A stretch of 64,000 nucleotides of DNA from an uncultured Bacteroidales bacterium (GCA_900317715.1 ONHS01000003.1:7954-71953); one strand, 5' to 3'; positions 1 through 9,211 are shown, counted from the first letter of the stretch. A program made the numbers and translations. Notes: generated by a model not told the origin, from the sequence alone.

Positions 1-976
1 TATTTACGTTATCTTGATGATTTTCACCACCTTATGGTTAGGATTCTTGGGCGGAAGCGATGACTACATCAAAGTGTTCAAGAAAAACAAGGAAGGGCTT
101 TCCCCACGCAAGAAGCTGATTGGTCAGATTCTGTTGGGTTTGGTCGTGGGTATCGTCATGTACTTCCATCCCGATGCCATGATTTGTGAGAAAAGCGTGC
201 AAAAGCAACAGGTGACACAAGTGTCGGCCACCGAGCTGTTACAAGTTGAGAATCAGGAAAATGTTCATACGCCAAGACTCTTTGACGAACCGCACCACTC
301 TTCCAAAACAACCATTCCGTTCTTTAAAAACCACGAACTCGACTATGCGGCGCTGACTCGCTGGTTGGGTGATGAAACCGGCAAATGGTCATTTCTGTTC
401 TTCATCCCCATCATTGTCTTTATCATCGCGGCAGTCTCGAACGGTGCAAACCTCACCGATGGCTTGGACGGACTAGCCACCGGCACCACGGCACCCATAG
501 CGGTAGGTATCGCACTGCTTGCCTACGTGTCGGGCAACGTCATCTTCGCCTCCTACCTGAATATCATGTACATACCGAATATCGGGGAGTTAGTGATCTT
601 CATGTCCGCCGTCATTGGCGCCTGCATCGGCTTCTATTGGTGGAATTGTTATCCCGCGCAGGTGTTCATGGGCGACACCGGCAGCCTCACCCTCGGCGGC
701 ATCGTGGCCGTCTCGTGCATCATCATCCGTAAGGAATTGCTCATTCCCATTCTCTGTGGTATCTATCTGGCACAGTCCATTTCCGTCATCATGCAAGTCT
801 CCTACTTCAAATACACCAAGAAAAAATATGGTGAAGGCCGCCGTATCTTCTTGATGGCCCCCCTCCACCATCATTACCAGAAGAAAGGCCTCCACGAATC
901 GAAAATCGTACAACGGTTCATCGTCGTGAGCATGCTCCTCGCCGTACTGACATTGGTGACCTTGAAGATAAGGTAA
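1..976 (+). CDS. mraY: Phospho-N-acetylmuramoyl-pentapeptide transferase MraY, 5'-truncated by the window edge
   Basis: The frame is open from nt 2, upstream of the track's TTG at 14. Multi-TM protein with MraY-type motifs (GGSDDYIKV, NGANLTDGLDGLA, MGDTGSLTLGG, APLHHHY). Stop TAA at 974-976. Confidence 0.93.
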   Translation, partial: IYVILMIFTTLWLGFLGGSDDYIKVFKKNKEGLSPRKKLIGQILLGLVVGIVMYFHPDAMICEKSVQKQQVTQVSATELLQVENQENVHTPRLFDEPHHSSKTTIPFFKNHELDYAALTRWLGDETGKWSFLFFIPIIVFIIAAVSNGANLTDGLDGLATGTTAPIAVGIALLAYVSGNVIFASYLNIMYIPNIGELVIFMSAVIGACIGFYWWNCYPAQVFMGDTGSLTLGGIVAVSCIIIRKELLIPILCGIYLAQSISVIMQVSYFKYTKKKYGEGRRIFLMAPLHHHYQKKGLHESKIVQRFIVVSMLLAVLTLVTLKIR

Positions 977-982
977 CTTTGA

Positions 983-1108
983 ACTTAGACTTAGACTTAA
1001 ACTTAGACTTAGACTATTCCCTACTCCCTTCTCCCTATTCCCTAAACCCTAAACCTTAAACCTTAAACCATAAACCTAAAACCAAAACCAAAACCAAAAC
1101 CAAAAACC
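983..1108. repeat. Degenerate short tandem array: ACTTAG hexamers, then TATTCCC/TAAACCC/TAAACCT heptamers, then AAACCA hexamers
   Basis: Read directly from the sequence. It fills the whole mraY/murD-like spacer. TAA recurs at 7-nt spacing on the + strand. Confidence 0.9.
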
Positions 1109-1111
1109 ATT

Positions 1112-1669
1112 ATGCCTACGAAAAAAAACAACAGTTTCCGCTTATTCGAACAAGCCCGCGAAACCTCTAACCCGCGCGTGGGAACGCTTTCGGACCAGCT
1201 TATCCGACTGCGTCAGAAGAACATCGCCGAATCTCTGTCCGACTTTGAGGGCAGTGCACATAAATTGGAACATATCAAGAGTTTTTCCGGTGTGGATTTC
1301 GTGGACGACGCGCGTTCCAACACCTCCAACGCTGTCTGGTTTTCGCTGCAATCCATGACCAAACCCACCGTTTGGATCACCAATATCGACTCTCCTGAGT
1401 TACTGACCGACGATATCATGACGCAAGTGCAAGAGAAAGTGAAAGAGGTTGTACTGCAAGGCGTCTATAACATCGACGTGTACCAAAAAATTGCCGAAAA
1501 AGAGATTCCGGTTATGATGACCATGAGCATGGAAGATGCTGTCAATCACGCATTTTACGCATGCCAGAAAGGCGATTTAGTGTTATACGCACCAGGGGTC
1601 CACGGCAATGGACAGGTCACCTTCCGCGAACGCGGCGACCGTTTCAAAGCAGCTGTAGCCCAACTTTAA
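1112..1669 (+). CDS. Stand-alone MurD C-terminal-domain-like protein (185 aa); a truncated or diverged murD
   Basis: ATG at 1112. It sits in the canonical murD slot between mraY and ftsW. It aligns by eye only to the C-terminal domain of UDP-MurNAc-L-Ala:D-Glu ligase (GSAHKLEHI...VDFVDDARSNTSNA versus the usual G.PHR.E....NDSKATN, and TFRERGDRFKAAV at the C-terminus). The N-terminal and central ATP-binding domains are absent. Confidence 0.7.
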   Translation: MPTKKNNSFRLFEQARETSNPRVGTLSDQLIRLRQKNIAESLSDFEGSAHKLEHIKSFSGVDFVDDARSNTSNAVWFSLQSMTKPTVWITNIDSPELLTDDIMTQVQEKVKEVVLQGVYNIDVYQKIAEKEIPVMMTMSMEDAVNHAFYACQKGDLVLYAPGVHGNGQVTFRERGDRFKAAVAQL

Positions 1670-1681
1670 AACCGAACGATT

Positions 1682-2863
1682 ATGAGCGCTGACATCACCG
1701 TGCCGAAAGGCTCTTTTCTTCAGAAAATCAAGCTGAATTCTGACAACGTGATTCCTATCGTCGTCTTTTTCCTAACGGCGATATCCATTGTCATGGTATA
1801 TAGTATGCGCGGCAATGTGGTGCTCAATCACCTCAAGCACATACTGTTCGCATACGTCGGCATGTTCGCGATGTACCGTATCGACTATCGGAAACTGGGC
1901 GTCATTGCCCCGTTTTTGCTCATCACAGCCGCTGTTCTGCTCCTGCTCACCATGCTGTCGCAGGCAGTGCGCGGCATTACCATCTTCGGGCGCGACGTGC
2001 AGACTTTCTACGTCATCGGATTTCTCATCATCTTCTACATTTCCAACTACATGGCACGTCAGTACCATAAATTCGGAGAAATCTCAAGCTCCAATGTCAA
2101 ATACCTCTTCGGATTGCTGCTGGTCTTCTGCCTCGGTATAGCTTCCATGAACATGTCCACCTCTATCATCCTCTTTGGCACAGGATTGGCCATCTTTTTT
2201 GTTGGAGGGATGAGGACAAGGGACATTTTTGGATTAATCGGCATCGTGACCGTGGCGCTGATTTTAGTGGTGATTGTGGTGTCGCAGTTGAGCGATGAAA
2301 AAAAGAGCCGCATCGGTCGTATGTCAACTTTCATCAACCGATGGGAGTACTACATCACCAAAGAAAATGTAAACGGCTACGGTGACCAAATGATCTTGGC
2401 ACGGGCCGCCATCGCACGCTCAGGATTCAACCCCGCCGGACCGGGAAAGGGCGTCATCAAGAACAGACTTCCTGAAAAGGAAACCGACTACGCCTTTGCC
2501 TCCCTGTACGAAGAAACGGGCATCGTAGTGGGCATTATCGTGCTGTTCTCCTACCTCATCATCTTCTATCGAGCGCGAAAAATCTCCATGGAAGCCACCG
2601 GCACTTTCGGACGACTATTGGCCTTCGGCATCGGCTTCTGGTTCACATGCCAAGCGCTGGTGCATATCGGAGTGAACTGCGAACTGCTGCCCACCACGGG
2701 ACAAACCCTGCCGTTCATCAGCAGCGGCGGCGCCTCCCTGTTCGTCTCCGGCTGCGCCATCGGCATGCTCCTCAACGTCGGTAAAGTCTCCTACCTCGAA
2801 AGCCAAAAAGAAGACCCGATGACCATCCTTCGAGGAAACCCAACCCCTACCATAAACCATTAA
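1682..2863 (+). CDS. ftsW: FtsW/RodA (SEDS) family peptidoglycan polymerase / cell-division protein
   Basis: ATG start. About 10 TM segments. SEDS-type C-terminal motif (LPTTGQTLPFISSGGASL). Located in the dcw position after murD. Confidence 0.88.
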   Translation: MSADITVPKGSFLQKIKLNSDNVIPIVVFFLTAISIVMVYSMRGNVVLNHLKHILFAYVGMFAMYRIDYRKLGVIAPFLLITAAVLLLLTMLSQAVRGITIFGRDVQTFYVIGFLIIFYISNYMARQYHKFGEISSSNVKYLFGLLLVFCLGIASMNMSTSIILFGTGLAIFFVGGMRTRDIFGLIGIVTVALILVVIVVSQLSDEKKSRIGRMSTFINRWEYYITKENVNGYGDQMILARAAIARSGFNPAGPGKGVIKNRLPEKETDYAFASLYEETGIVVGIIVLFSYLIIFYRARKISMEATGTFGRLLAFGIGFWFTCQALVHIGVNCELLPTTGQTLPFISSGGASLFVSGCAIGMLLNVGKVSYLESQKEDPMTILRGNPTPTINH

Positions 2864-2865
2864 CG

Positions 2866-3010
2866 TATAACCCTCTAACCCTTTAACCTTCTAAACCATA
2901 AACCATAAACCCTAAACCATAAACCCTAAACTCTAAACCCTAAACTCTAAACCCTAAACTCTAAACTAATAACCCTTTAACCGCCTAACCGTCTAACCCC
3001 CTCTCAACCC
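2866..3010. repeat. Degenerate heptamer array (ATAAACC / CTAAACC / CTAAACT family)
   Basis: About 20 consecutive 7-nt units read directly. TAA falls in all three + frames. It fills the ftsW/ABC-F spacer. Confidence 0.92.
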
Positions 3011-3016
3011 AAAAGA

Positions 3017-4948
3017 ATGATCCAAATCAATAAACTTTCGGTGAACTTCACGGGAGATTTCCTTTTTAAGGACATCTCTTTCGTGGCAGGCGACAAAGAC
3101 CGCATCGGGCTGGTGGGTCACAACGGCGCGGGAAAATCCACGTTACTGAAAATCATCCACCGCGACCTGGAACCTGCATCCGGCACGATGGTCATCACCT
3201 CCGGCCACCGCGTGGGCTATCTGCCGCAGGAACTGGTCGGAAACTCCCCGCTATCCGTGTGGGAAGAAGCCGTCTCCGCCTTCTCGGAAATCAAAGTGAT
3301 GGAACGCAAAATGCAACAGATTTCCACAGAACTTGCTGAACGCACCGATTACGAATCCGAAGCATACGCTAAGCTGACCCAACAGCTTTCCGACCTCAAC
3401 GACCGATATAACCATCTGGGAGGCAATACGATGGATGCCGAAACCGAAAAAGTGCTGCTCGGTATGGGCTTCCTACGCGAGGAATTCCATCAGCCCATGT
3501 CCTCCTTCAGTAACGGCTGGCAGATGCGCGTCTGCCTTGCCAAAATCCTCCTGCAAAAACCCGAAATCATCCTCCTCGACGAGCCCACGAACCATCTCGA
3601 CATCGAATCTATACAATGGCTGGAAGAGTATTTAGCCAATTACGACGGCTGCGTGATTCTGGTCTCCCACGACCGCGCCTTCCTCGACCGCGTCACCAAC
3701 CGTACCGTCGAAATCACCTTAGGCACCATCCAAGACTATAAATGCAGCTACTCCAAATATGTGGAGCAGCGATTGGAACGCATTGAAAGCCAACAATCTG
3801 CATACGAAAACCAACAGAAAGAGATTGCTCAAATCGAACGTTTCATCGAACGTTTCCGCTATAAAGCCACGAAGGCACGGCAAGTGCAAAGCCGCATCAA
3901 AATGCTGGAGAAAATGGACCGTGTGGAAGTGGATGAATACGACAAAAGTTCCATTTCGTTCAAATTTCCGCCCGCGCCGCACTCCGGATTGGTCGTAGTG
4001 GAGAGTAAGAACCTCAGCTTGGGCTACGACACGAAGCCACACGTGCTCACAAATGTGGATTTCCGCTTGGAACGCGGCGAGCGCGTGGCGTTCGTTGGGC
4101 GTAACGGCGAAGGCAAATCCACCATGGTGAAAGCCATCGTGAACGCACTCACGCCCGAAAGCGGAGAGTTAGAACTTGGTTATCAGGTGGTTGTGGGTTA
4201 CTACGCCCAAAACCAAGCACAACTTTTGAATCCGGAAAAAACGGTGTTTGAAACCATCGACGATGTGGCGGTAGGCGATATCCGACCGAAAATCCGCACC
4301 ATCTTGGGCAGCTTCCTTTTCGACACGGAAGACACGGAAAAGAAGGTGAAAGTGCTGTCAGGTGGAGAAAAAGCCCGCCTCGCCTTGGCAAAACTGCTGC
4401 TCTCCCCCTTCAACCTACTCATCCTCGACGAGCCGACCAACCACCTCGACATGCCCTCCAAAGACGTGCTCAAGAACGCCCTTTTGCAATATGAAGGAAG
4501 CCTGATCCTGGTCTCCCACGACCGTGACTTCCTGCAAGGATTGACCTCCAAAGTGTATGAGTTCAAGAATCACCAGATGCACGCCTTCACAGGTGATGTC
4601 TATGACTTCTTGGCACAACGCAAAATGGAGAGTCTCAACGAGTTGCAGAGTCGGAATGTTGCCTCCAACAACGGGGCTGCTGGCGAAAAGACAACCTCCA
4701 ACAAAGAGCAATGGGAACAGCGCAAGCAGCGCGAAGCCGATGACCGCAAACGTAAAAACCGCCTCAAAAAGATTGAAGAGGAGATTGCCTCTTTGCAGCA
4801 AAAGCTCGCCGACACCGAAGCGCAATTGGCTGACCCCGAGCATCATGCCGAAGCCATCGCCTCCGGCGAACTCTACAACACCTACGAATCCCTGAAAAAC
4901 ACCATCGAAGAGAAAGAGATGGAGTGGCTGGAGTTAAGCGAAGCATAA
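3017..4948 (+). CDS. ABC-F family ATPase (two ABC cassettes, no TM domain, K/E-rich coiled-coil tail)
   Basis: Two Walker A motifs (GHNGAGKST, GRNGEGKST), two Walker B motifs (ILLDEPTNHLD, LILDEPTNHLD) and the signature LSGGEKARLAL. The charged C-terminal coil is typical of Uup/YbiT-like ABC-F proteins. Confidence 0.9.
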   Translation: MIQINKLSVNFTGDFLFKDISFVAGDKDRIGLVGHNGAGKSTLLKIIHRDLEPASGTMVITSGHRVGYLPQELVGNSPLSVWEEAVSAFSEIKVMERKMQQISTELAERTDYESEAYAKLTQQLSDLNDRYNHLGGNTMDAETEKVLLGMGFLREEFHQPMSSFSNGWQMRVCLAKILLQKPEIILLDEPTNHLDIESIQWLEEYLANYDGCVILVSHDRAFLDRVTNRTVEITLGTIQDYKCSYSKYVEQRLERIESQQSAYENQQKEIAQIERFIERFRYKATKARQVQSRIKMLEKMDRVEVDEYDKSSISFKFPPAPHSGLVVVESKNLSLGYDTKPHVLTNVDFRLERGERVAFVGRNGEGKSTMVKAIVNALTPESGELELGYQVVVGYYAQNQAQLLNPEKTVFETIDDVAVGDIRPKIRTILGSFLFDTEDTEKKVKVLSGGEKARLALAKLLLSPFNLLILDEPTNHLDMPSKDVLKNALLQYEGSLILVSHDRDFLQGLTSKVYEFKNHQMHAFTGDVYDFLAQRKMESLNELQSRNVASNNGAAGEKTTSNKEQWEQRKQREADDRKRKNRLKKIEEEIASLQQKLADTEAQLADPEHHAEAIASGELYNTYESLKNTIEEKEMEWLELSEA

Positions 4949-4961
4949 ACACAAAAATTTG

Positions 4962-4969
4962 TATCTTTG
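4962..4969 (+). promoter_or_regulatory. Bacteroidetes-type -7 promoter box TATCTTTG
   Basis: Exact TAnnTTTG match 28 nt upstream of ATG 4997, followed by the recurrent GCCGC. Confidence 0.5.
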
Positions 4970-4996
4970 CCGCTTAAATTTGAATATGCCACTGAT

Positions 4997-5977
4997 ATGA
5001 GAAATCAGAAATTATTAATCGCATTTATTGGGGTATTGGTGCTCTTTTCGGCTTGCGACCGCAACAAGAAAAAATCGGTAGAAAACAAAGAAACGACCAT
5101 AGCGCTTCCCGCTTTCAACAACGATTCTGCCTATCTTTTTGTGAAGATGCAGACCGACTTCGGACCGCGCGTGTTAGGCAGCGATGCACATGCCAACTGT
5201 CAAGTGTGGTTGCTTAAGAAGCTGCAACAATATTGCGATACCGTTTACAATCAGAACTTTACGGCTAAAACTTACGACGGCAAGCAGTGGCCCTGCGCGA
5301 ACCTCATCGGCAGTTTCGGACCTGAGAAGACCAAGCGCATCGTCTTGGCAGCACATTGGGACTCCCGTCCCTTTGCCGACCACGATCCGAATCCCAGCAA
5401 CCGCGAAACGCCCATCGACGGCGCTAACGACGGGGGCAGCGGCGTGGGCGTTCTGCTCGAAGTGGCTCGACAACTTCATGAAAATCAACCCAATGTAGGT
5501 GTCGATATCGTCTTCTTCGATGCCGAAGACTACGGCCCGAAGGAAAGCGACCACATCCCCGGCGACTGGTGGGGACTGGGCGCACAATATTGGGCAAAAA
5601 ACCCTCATATCCAAGGATATACGGCTAATTATGGCATTCTGCTCGACATGGTAGGTACGCCCAATGCACAGTTTATGCAGGAGCAGTTCTCCCTCCGCGA
5701 CGCGGAAAGCATCGTGCGCAAAGTCTGGTCCACGGCCTACCAACTCGGTCACGGACAGTACTTCCAGAACAAGCCCGGCGGCGTGATCACCGACGACCAC
5801 TACTACGTCAACAAATATGCGCCGTTCAAGATGATCGACATCATCCATTACGACGCGGCTTCCGGCACTGGCTTTGACCCCGTATGGCACACCACCAACG
5901 ACAATATCCAAAATATTGACAAAAACACGCTCGGCGTGGTGGGCACCACTTTATTGCAAGTTCTTAAAAACGAATAA
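4997..5977 (+). CDS. Glutaminyl-peptide cyclotransferase (M28-fold, type II QC-like) lipoprotein
   Basis: The track start at 4967 is TTG. The in-frame ATG at 4997 gives MRNQKLLIAFIGVLVLFSAC, a lipobox. Metal-site motifs of the M28/QC fold are present: HWDSRPFADHD, GANDGGSGVGVLLE, VFFDAEDYG. Confidence 0.78.
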   Translation: MRNQKLLIAFIGVLVLFSACDRNKKKSVENKETTIALPAFNNDSAYLFVKMQTDFGPRVLGSDAHANCQVWLLKKLQQYCDTVYNQNFTAKTYDGKQWPCANLIGSFGPEKTKRIVLAAHWDSRPFADHDPNPSNRETPIDGANDGGSGVGVLLEVARQLHENQPNVGVDIVFFDAEDYGPKESDHIPGDWWGLGAQYWAKNPHIQGYTANYGILLDMVGTPNAQFMQEQFSLRDAESIVRKVWSTAYQLGHGQYFQNKPGGVITDDHYYVNKYAPFKMIDIIHYDAASGTGFDPVWHTTNDNIQNIDKNTLGVVGTTLLQVLKNE

Positions 5978-5983
5978 TTTACG

Positions 5984-7270
5984 ATGAAAGTATTTAAATT
6001 CGGTGGGGCTTCCGTGAAAGACGCCCCCGCTATTGAGAATCTGAAAAACATCCTGCAACGCTATGATAATGAGCAGCTTGTGGTGGTCATTTCCGCCATG
6101 GGCAAAACGACAAACTTCATGGAAAAGCTGTTGGACGCTTACTATCATTCGCCAGAAAAGGTAGAAGATCTCGTAGATGAGCTTCGGGCGCAACACGAAG
6201 GCGTGGCCGCGCAACTCATGGGCGAGAACAACCCGTTCCTCCCCCACTCCGACCGACTGTTCACACTGCTCAACGAACAGCTGAGCCGCCCGATTTCCGA
6301 CAACTTCGACTATGACTACGACCGCATTGTCAGCTTCGGTGAGCTACTCTCCACCACGCTCATCGCCGTCTATCTCGACACGCAACATCTTGAAACTAAA
6401 TGGCTTGACGCACGTCAGCTGATTCGTACCGACAACACCTACCGCGAAGGTCACGTCGATTGGACCGTGACGCAAAAGCTGGTCTGCAACACCATCAATC
6501 CGTACTACCAAGACAGGACACACGGCATTGTGTTGACGCAAGGCTTTATCGCAGGAACCGCCGAAAACCAGACCACTACGTTGGGTCGCGAGGGCTCCGA
6601 CTATTCCGCCGCTATTTTGGCTTATACTCTTGATGCTGAATCGGTTACCGTATGGAAAGACGTTCCGGGCATTCTCAATGCCGACCCGAAACGCTTCTCT
6701 AACGCGGTCAAAATCGACACGCTGACTTACCATGAAACGGTGGAACTGGCCTATTACGGCGCAAGCGTCATTCACCCGAAAACGCTTAGACCGCTGCATA
6801 ACAAGCAGATACCCTTGTTCGTGAAATCCTTCTTCCATCCTGAAAACGAAGGGAGTAAGATCACGCAAGAGGCTGAAACGGTAGAAGTTCCGTCCTACAT
6901 CGTCAAAGACAACCAACTGCTGATTTCCGTCTCTCCACGCGATTTTTCCATCATAGGCGTCGAAAACTTATCCAAAATCCTGGACATCTTGTCCGAATAT
7001 CGTATCAAAATCAACCTGATACAGAATTCCGCGCTCACTTTCTCCGTCTGCACCGACAATGTTCCCCTGCGCCTGCGTCCATGCCTTGAAGCCTTGAGCA
7101 AAGAGTTTGTGGTGAAATTCAACGAAGGCATCCAACTGGTCACCATTCGTCACTATGACCAAGATTCCGAACAAAATGCACTGAAGATATTTGACAAACA
7201 AGAAGTTATTATCCGTCAAAACAACCGCCACACCATCCAACTCGTACTCAAACCCACAACTCTCCCATAA
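5984..7270 (+). CDS. lysC: Aspartate kinase
   Basis: MKVFKFGGASV N-terminus and a GREGSDYSAA motif. The C-terminal regulatory half is ACT-like. Starts 6 nt after the previous stop. Confidence 0.9.
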   Translation: MKVFKFGGASVKDAPAIENLKNILQRYDNEQLVVVISAMGKTTNFMEKLLDAYYHSPEKVEDLVDELRAQHEGVAAQLMGENNPFLPHSDRLFTLLNEQLSRPISDNFDYDYDRIVSFGELLSTTLIAVYLDTQHLETKWLDARQLIRTDNTYREGHVDWTVTQKLVCNTINPYYQDRTHGIVLTQGFIAGTAENQTTTLGREGSDYSAAILAYTLDAESVTVWKDVPGILNADPKRFSNAVKIDTLTYHETVELAYYGASVIHPKTLRPLHNKQIPLFVKSFFHPENEGSKITQEAETVEVPSYIVKDNQLLISVSPRDFSIIGVENLSKILDILSEYRIKINLIQNSALTFSVCTDNVPLRLRPCLEALSKEFVVKFNEGIQLVTIRHYDQDSEQNALKIFDKQEVIIRQNNRHTIQLVLKPTTLP

Positions 7271-7275
7271 CAACC

Positions 7276-7340
7276 GTCAAAATCAATATCATAAATCAAA
7301 AGTCATAAGTCAAACGTCAAACGTCATACGTCATACATCT
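7276..7340. repeat. Degenerate heptamer array (GTCAAAC / GTCATAC / GTCATAA family)
   Basis: Read directly. On the complementary strand it reads GTATGAC/GTTTGAC, with TGA at 7-nt spacing. Confidence 0.85.
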
Positions 7341-7358
7341 CAAAAAAATTTTTTCAAG

Positions 7359-7388
7359 TTGACTTTTTGAAACAAAAGTGTATTTTTG
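7359..7388 (+). promoter_or_regulatory. Promoter: -33 TTG (7359-7361), 19-nt spacer, -7 TATTTTTG (7381-7388)
   Basis: Matches the Bacteroides sigma-A consensus TTTG...TAnnTTTG. Lies 47 nt upstream of ATG 7435. Confidence 0.6.
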
Positions 7389-7434
7389 CAGGGTTAAAAA
7401 AAAAGATAATTTTTCACATTAATATCTTAAAATT

Positions 7435-9153
7435 ATGAAGAAAACTTTACTTGTTTTAGTTGCTGCGATGCTGACTTCCATGTTGGCATCCGCGCAAATC
7501 ACGGACACCATTGTGTCTTTAACCCCTTCCAACCGCAATGTGGTGATTGAGGAATACACCGGCATCAACTGCGGTTATTGTCCTGACGGTCACCGCAGAG
7601 CCAATGAAATCATGGCTGCGCACCCCGACAGAGTATGCGTCATTAACATTCACGAAGGCGGCTATGCAGCTAACACATACACCACCCAGTTCGGTACTGC
7701 TTTGGCCAACCAAACGGGCTTGACCGGCTATCCGGCAGGTACTGTGAACCGTCACGTCTTCGCCGGTTCCGTCACCGACTTGAACAGAGGACAGTGGGCA
7801 TCTGCCACCAACAATATGTTGGGGACAGCTTCTCCTGTGAACATCGCCGCTGACGGTACTTTGGATTGGACTACGCGCACGCTGAACATTCGCGTCCAAT
7901 TGTATTATACCGCAGCTCAAACCGTCACTTCCAATGCATTAAACGTGGCTATCTTACAAGACAATGTGTTGGGTTCCCAAAGCGGTATGTCCGCCAACCC
8001 GGATCAAGTTGTTGGAAACCAATACAATCACATGCACATGTTGCGTCACCTGATTACGGGTCAATGGGGTGAGACCATCTCCACTATCGCTCCGGGTACG
8101 CTGGTTGAGAAAAATTACGAATATGTGATTCCCGAACAACTCGGCTCCCCGAATGCTATTGATGCCGTTTTAGAGGATTTGCAATTTGTTGCTTTTGTTT
8201 GTGAAGGCCATCAAGAAATCCTTACGGGTATCCACGTTCCCGTTGAATACATCAACATGCCCGCTATTTACGGTCGTATGGTGGCTATGAAGGCTGGTTC
8301 CAACATCACTTGTGATAATCAAGGAAACGCCTATTTTGAGCTTAAGAACTTAGGAAGTGCCCCCATCACCTCAATAACCTATAACTACACCGTAAACGGC
8401 ACTCAATCCACCTCAACTTGGACAGGAAACATTGCTTCCATGTCAACCGAAGAGATTGACTTGCCTACATTTGACATCAATTTGAACACTAACAATAGCA
8501 TCTCAGCACAAGTGACGACTATTAACGGTGAAGCTGCGACTGTTGAAGCCAAGAACATGACGTTAAAAAAGAACGTCTATACCGGTGGTGGCCGTATGAT
8601 TTTCAAACTCGTGACCGACCGTTACGCTAGCGAAACCACATTCAAAATCTTTGATCCGAACGGCAACGTTGTTCTCTCCGGTGGTCCTTGGGCAAACCTT
8701 TCTGCAAACGGCACGACCATCCGTGAATTTGAATTCAATCCTTCAACAACGGGTTGTTATCGTTTGGAGGTTTATGACTCCTATGGCGATGGCATCAGTG
8801 CAGGTACCGGTAATGGATATTTCCAACTGTTTGCAGAAGATGGCTCCCAGATTTTCCGCGACAATGGCAAATTCGGCAGCCAAGCCACTTACATGATTGA
8901 CGTAGCTTATCCTGCTGGTGTTGAAGAATATACGACAGAAACGGTCATCTATCCGAACCCCGCAACGGATGTCATCAACGTCATGACTTCTGACAATGTT
9001 GAGCGCGTTGAAATCTACAACATGCAAGGTCAACTTGTGAAAATGGAAATGAATGTTGAAAATATTTCCATCCGCGACCTGTCCAATGGTGTTTACATGT
9101 TGAAGCTCACCACGGACAAAGGTTCCTCCATGCACAAGATTGTCAAGAAATAA
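7435..9153 (+). CDS. Secreted Omp28-related / thioredoxin-like protein with a T9SS C-terminal sorting domain
   Basis: Signal peptide ending ASA|Q. EEYTGINCGYCP motif. A YGDG beta-sandwich region. The last ~68 aa (VIYPNPATDVINV...GVYMLKL...KIVKK) match the type-A T9SS CTD pattern. Confidence 0.82.
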   Translation: MKKTLLVLVAAMLTSMLASAQITDTIVSLTPSNRNVVIEEYTGINCGYCPDGHRRANEIMAAHPDRVCVINIHEGGYAANTYTTQFGTALANQTGLTGYPAGTVNRHVFAGSVTDLNRGQWASATNNMLGTASPVNIAADGTLDWTTRTLNIRVQLYYTAAQTVTSNALNVAILQDNVLGSQSGMSANPDQVVGNQYNHMHMLRHLITGQWGETISTIAPGTLVEKNYEYVIPEQLGSPNAIDAVLEDLQFVAFVCEGHQEILTGIHVPVEYINMPAIYGRMVAMKAGSNITCDNQGNAYFELKNLGSAPITSITYNYTVNGTQSTSTWTGNIASMSTEEIDLPTFDINLNTNNSISAQVTTINGEAATVEAKNMTLKKNVYTGGGRMIFKLVTDRYASETTFKIFDPNGNVVLSGGPWANLSANGTTIREFEFNPSTTGCYRLEVYDSYGDGISAGTGNGYFQLFAEDGSQIFRDNGKFGSQATYMIDVAYPAGVEEYTTETVIYPNPATDVINVMTSDNVERVEIYNMQGQLVKMEMNVENISIRDLSNGVYMLKLTTDKGSSMHKIVKK

Positions 9154-9183
9154 GGTTATTTATTCCGTTTTTTGAAATAAAAA

Positions 9184-9211
9184 AGGCCGGCAGCAATGTC
9201 GGTCTTTTTTT
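9184..9211 (+). terminator. Rho-independent terminator
   Basis: 9-bp stem AGGCCGGCA/TGTCGGTCT (two G-U pairs), GCAA tetraloop and a T7 run. Lies 31 nt after the stop at 9153. Confidence 0.7.

Noticed and set aside
2866-3010. CCCTAAA-type units resembling plant-type telomere repeats (TTTAGGG)n.
   Set aside because: The units are degenerate members of the same heptamer-array phenomenon seen at many internal spacers. The tract is embedded between bacterial genes, so there is no reason to invoke telomeres or eukaryotic contamination.
4967-4996. N-terminal extensions in the ORF track that begin at TTG/GTG or at ATGs inside repeats (4967, 9240, 13962, 16145, 21731, 32198, 34851, 37536, 52157).
   Set aside because: In each case a downstream ATG (TTG for nrnA) gives a canonical signal peptide, lipobox or conserved N-terminus and/or is preceded by a TAnnTTTG box. 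The extensions translate repeat or promoter DNA.
5174-5911. A 245-aa minus-strand ORF inside the glutaminyl cyclase gene.
   Set aside because: It is antisense to a frame with clear M28/QC metal-site motifs and a lipobox. It has no features of its own.
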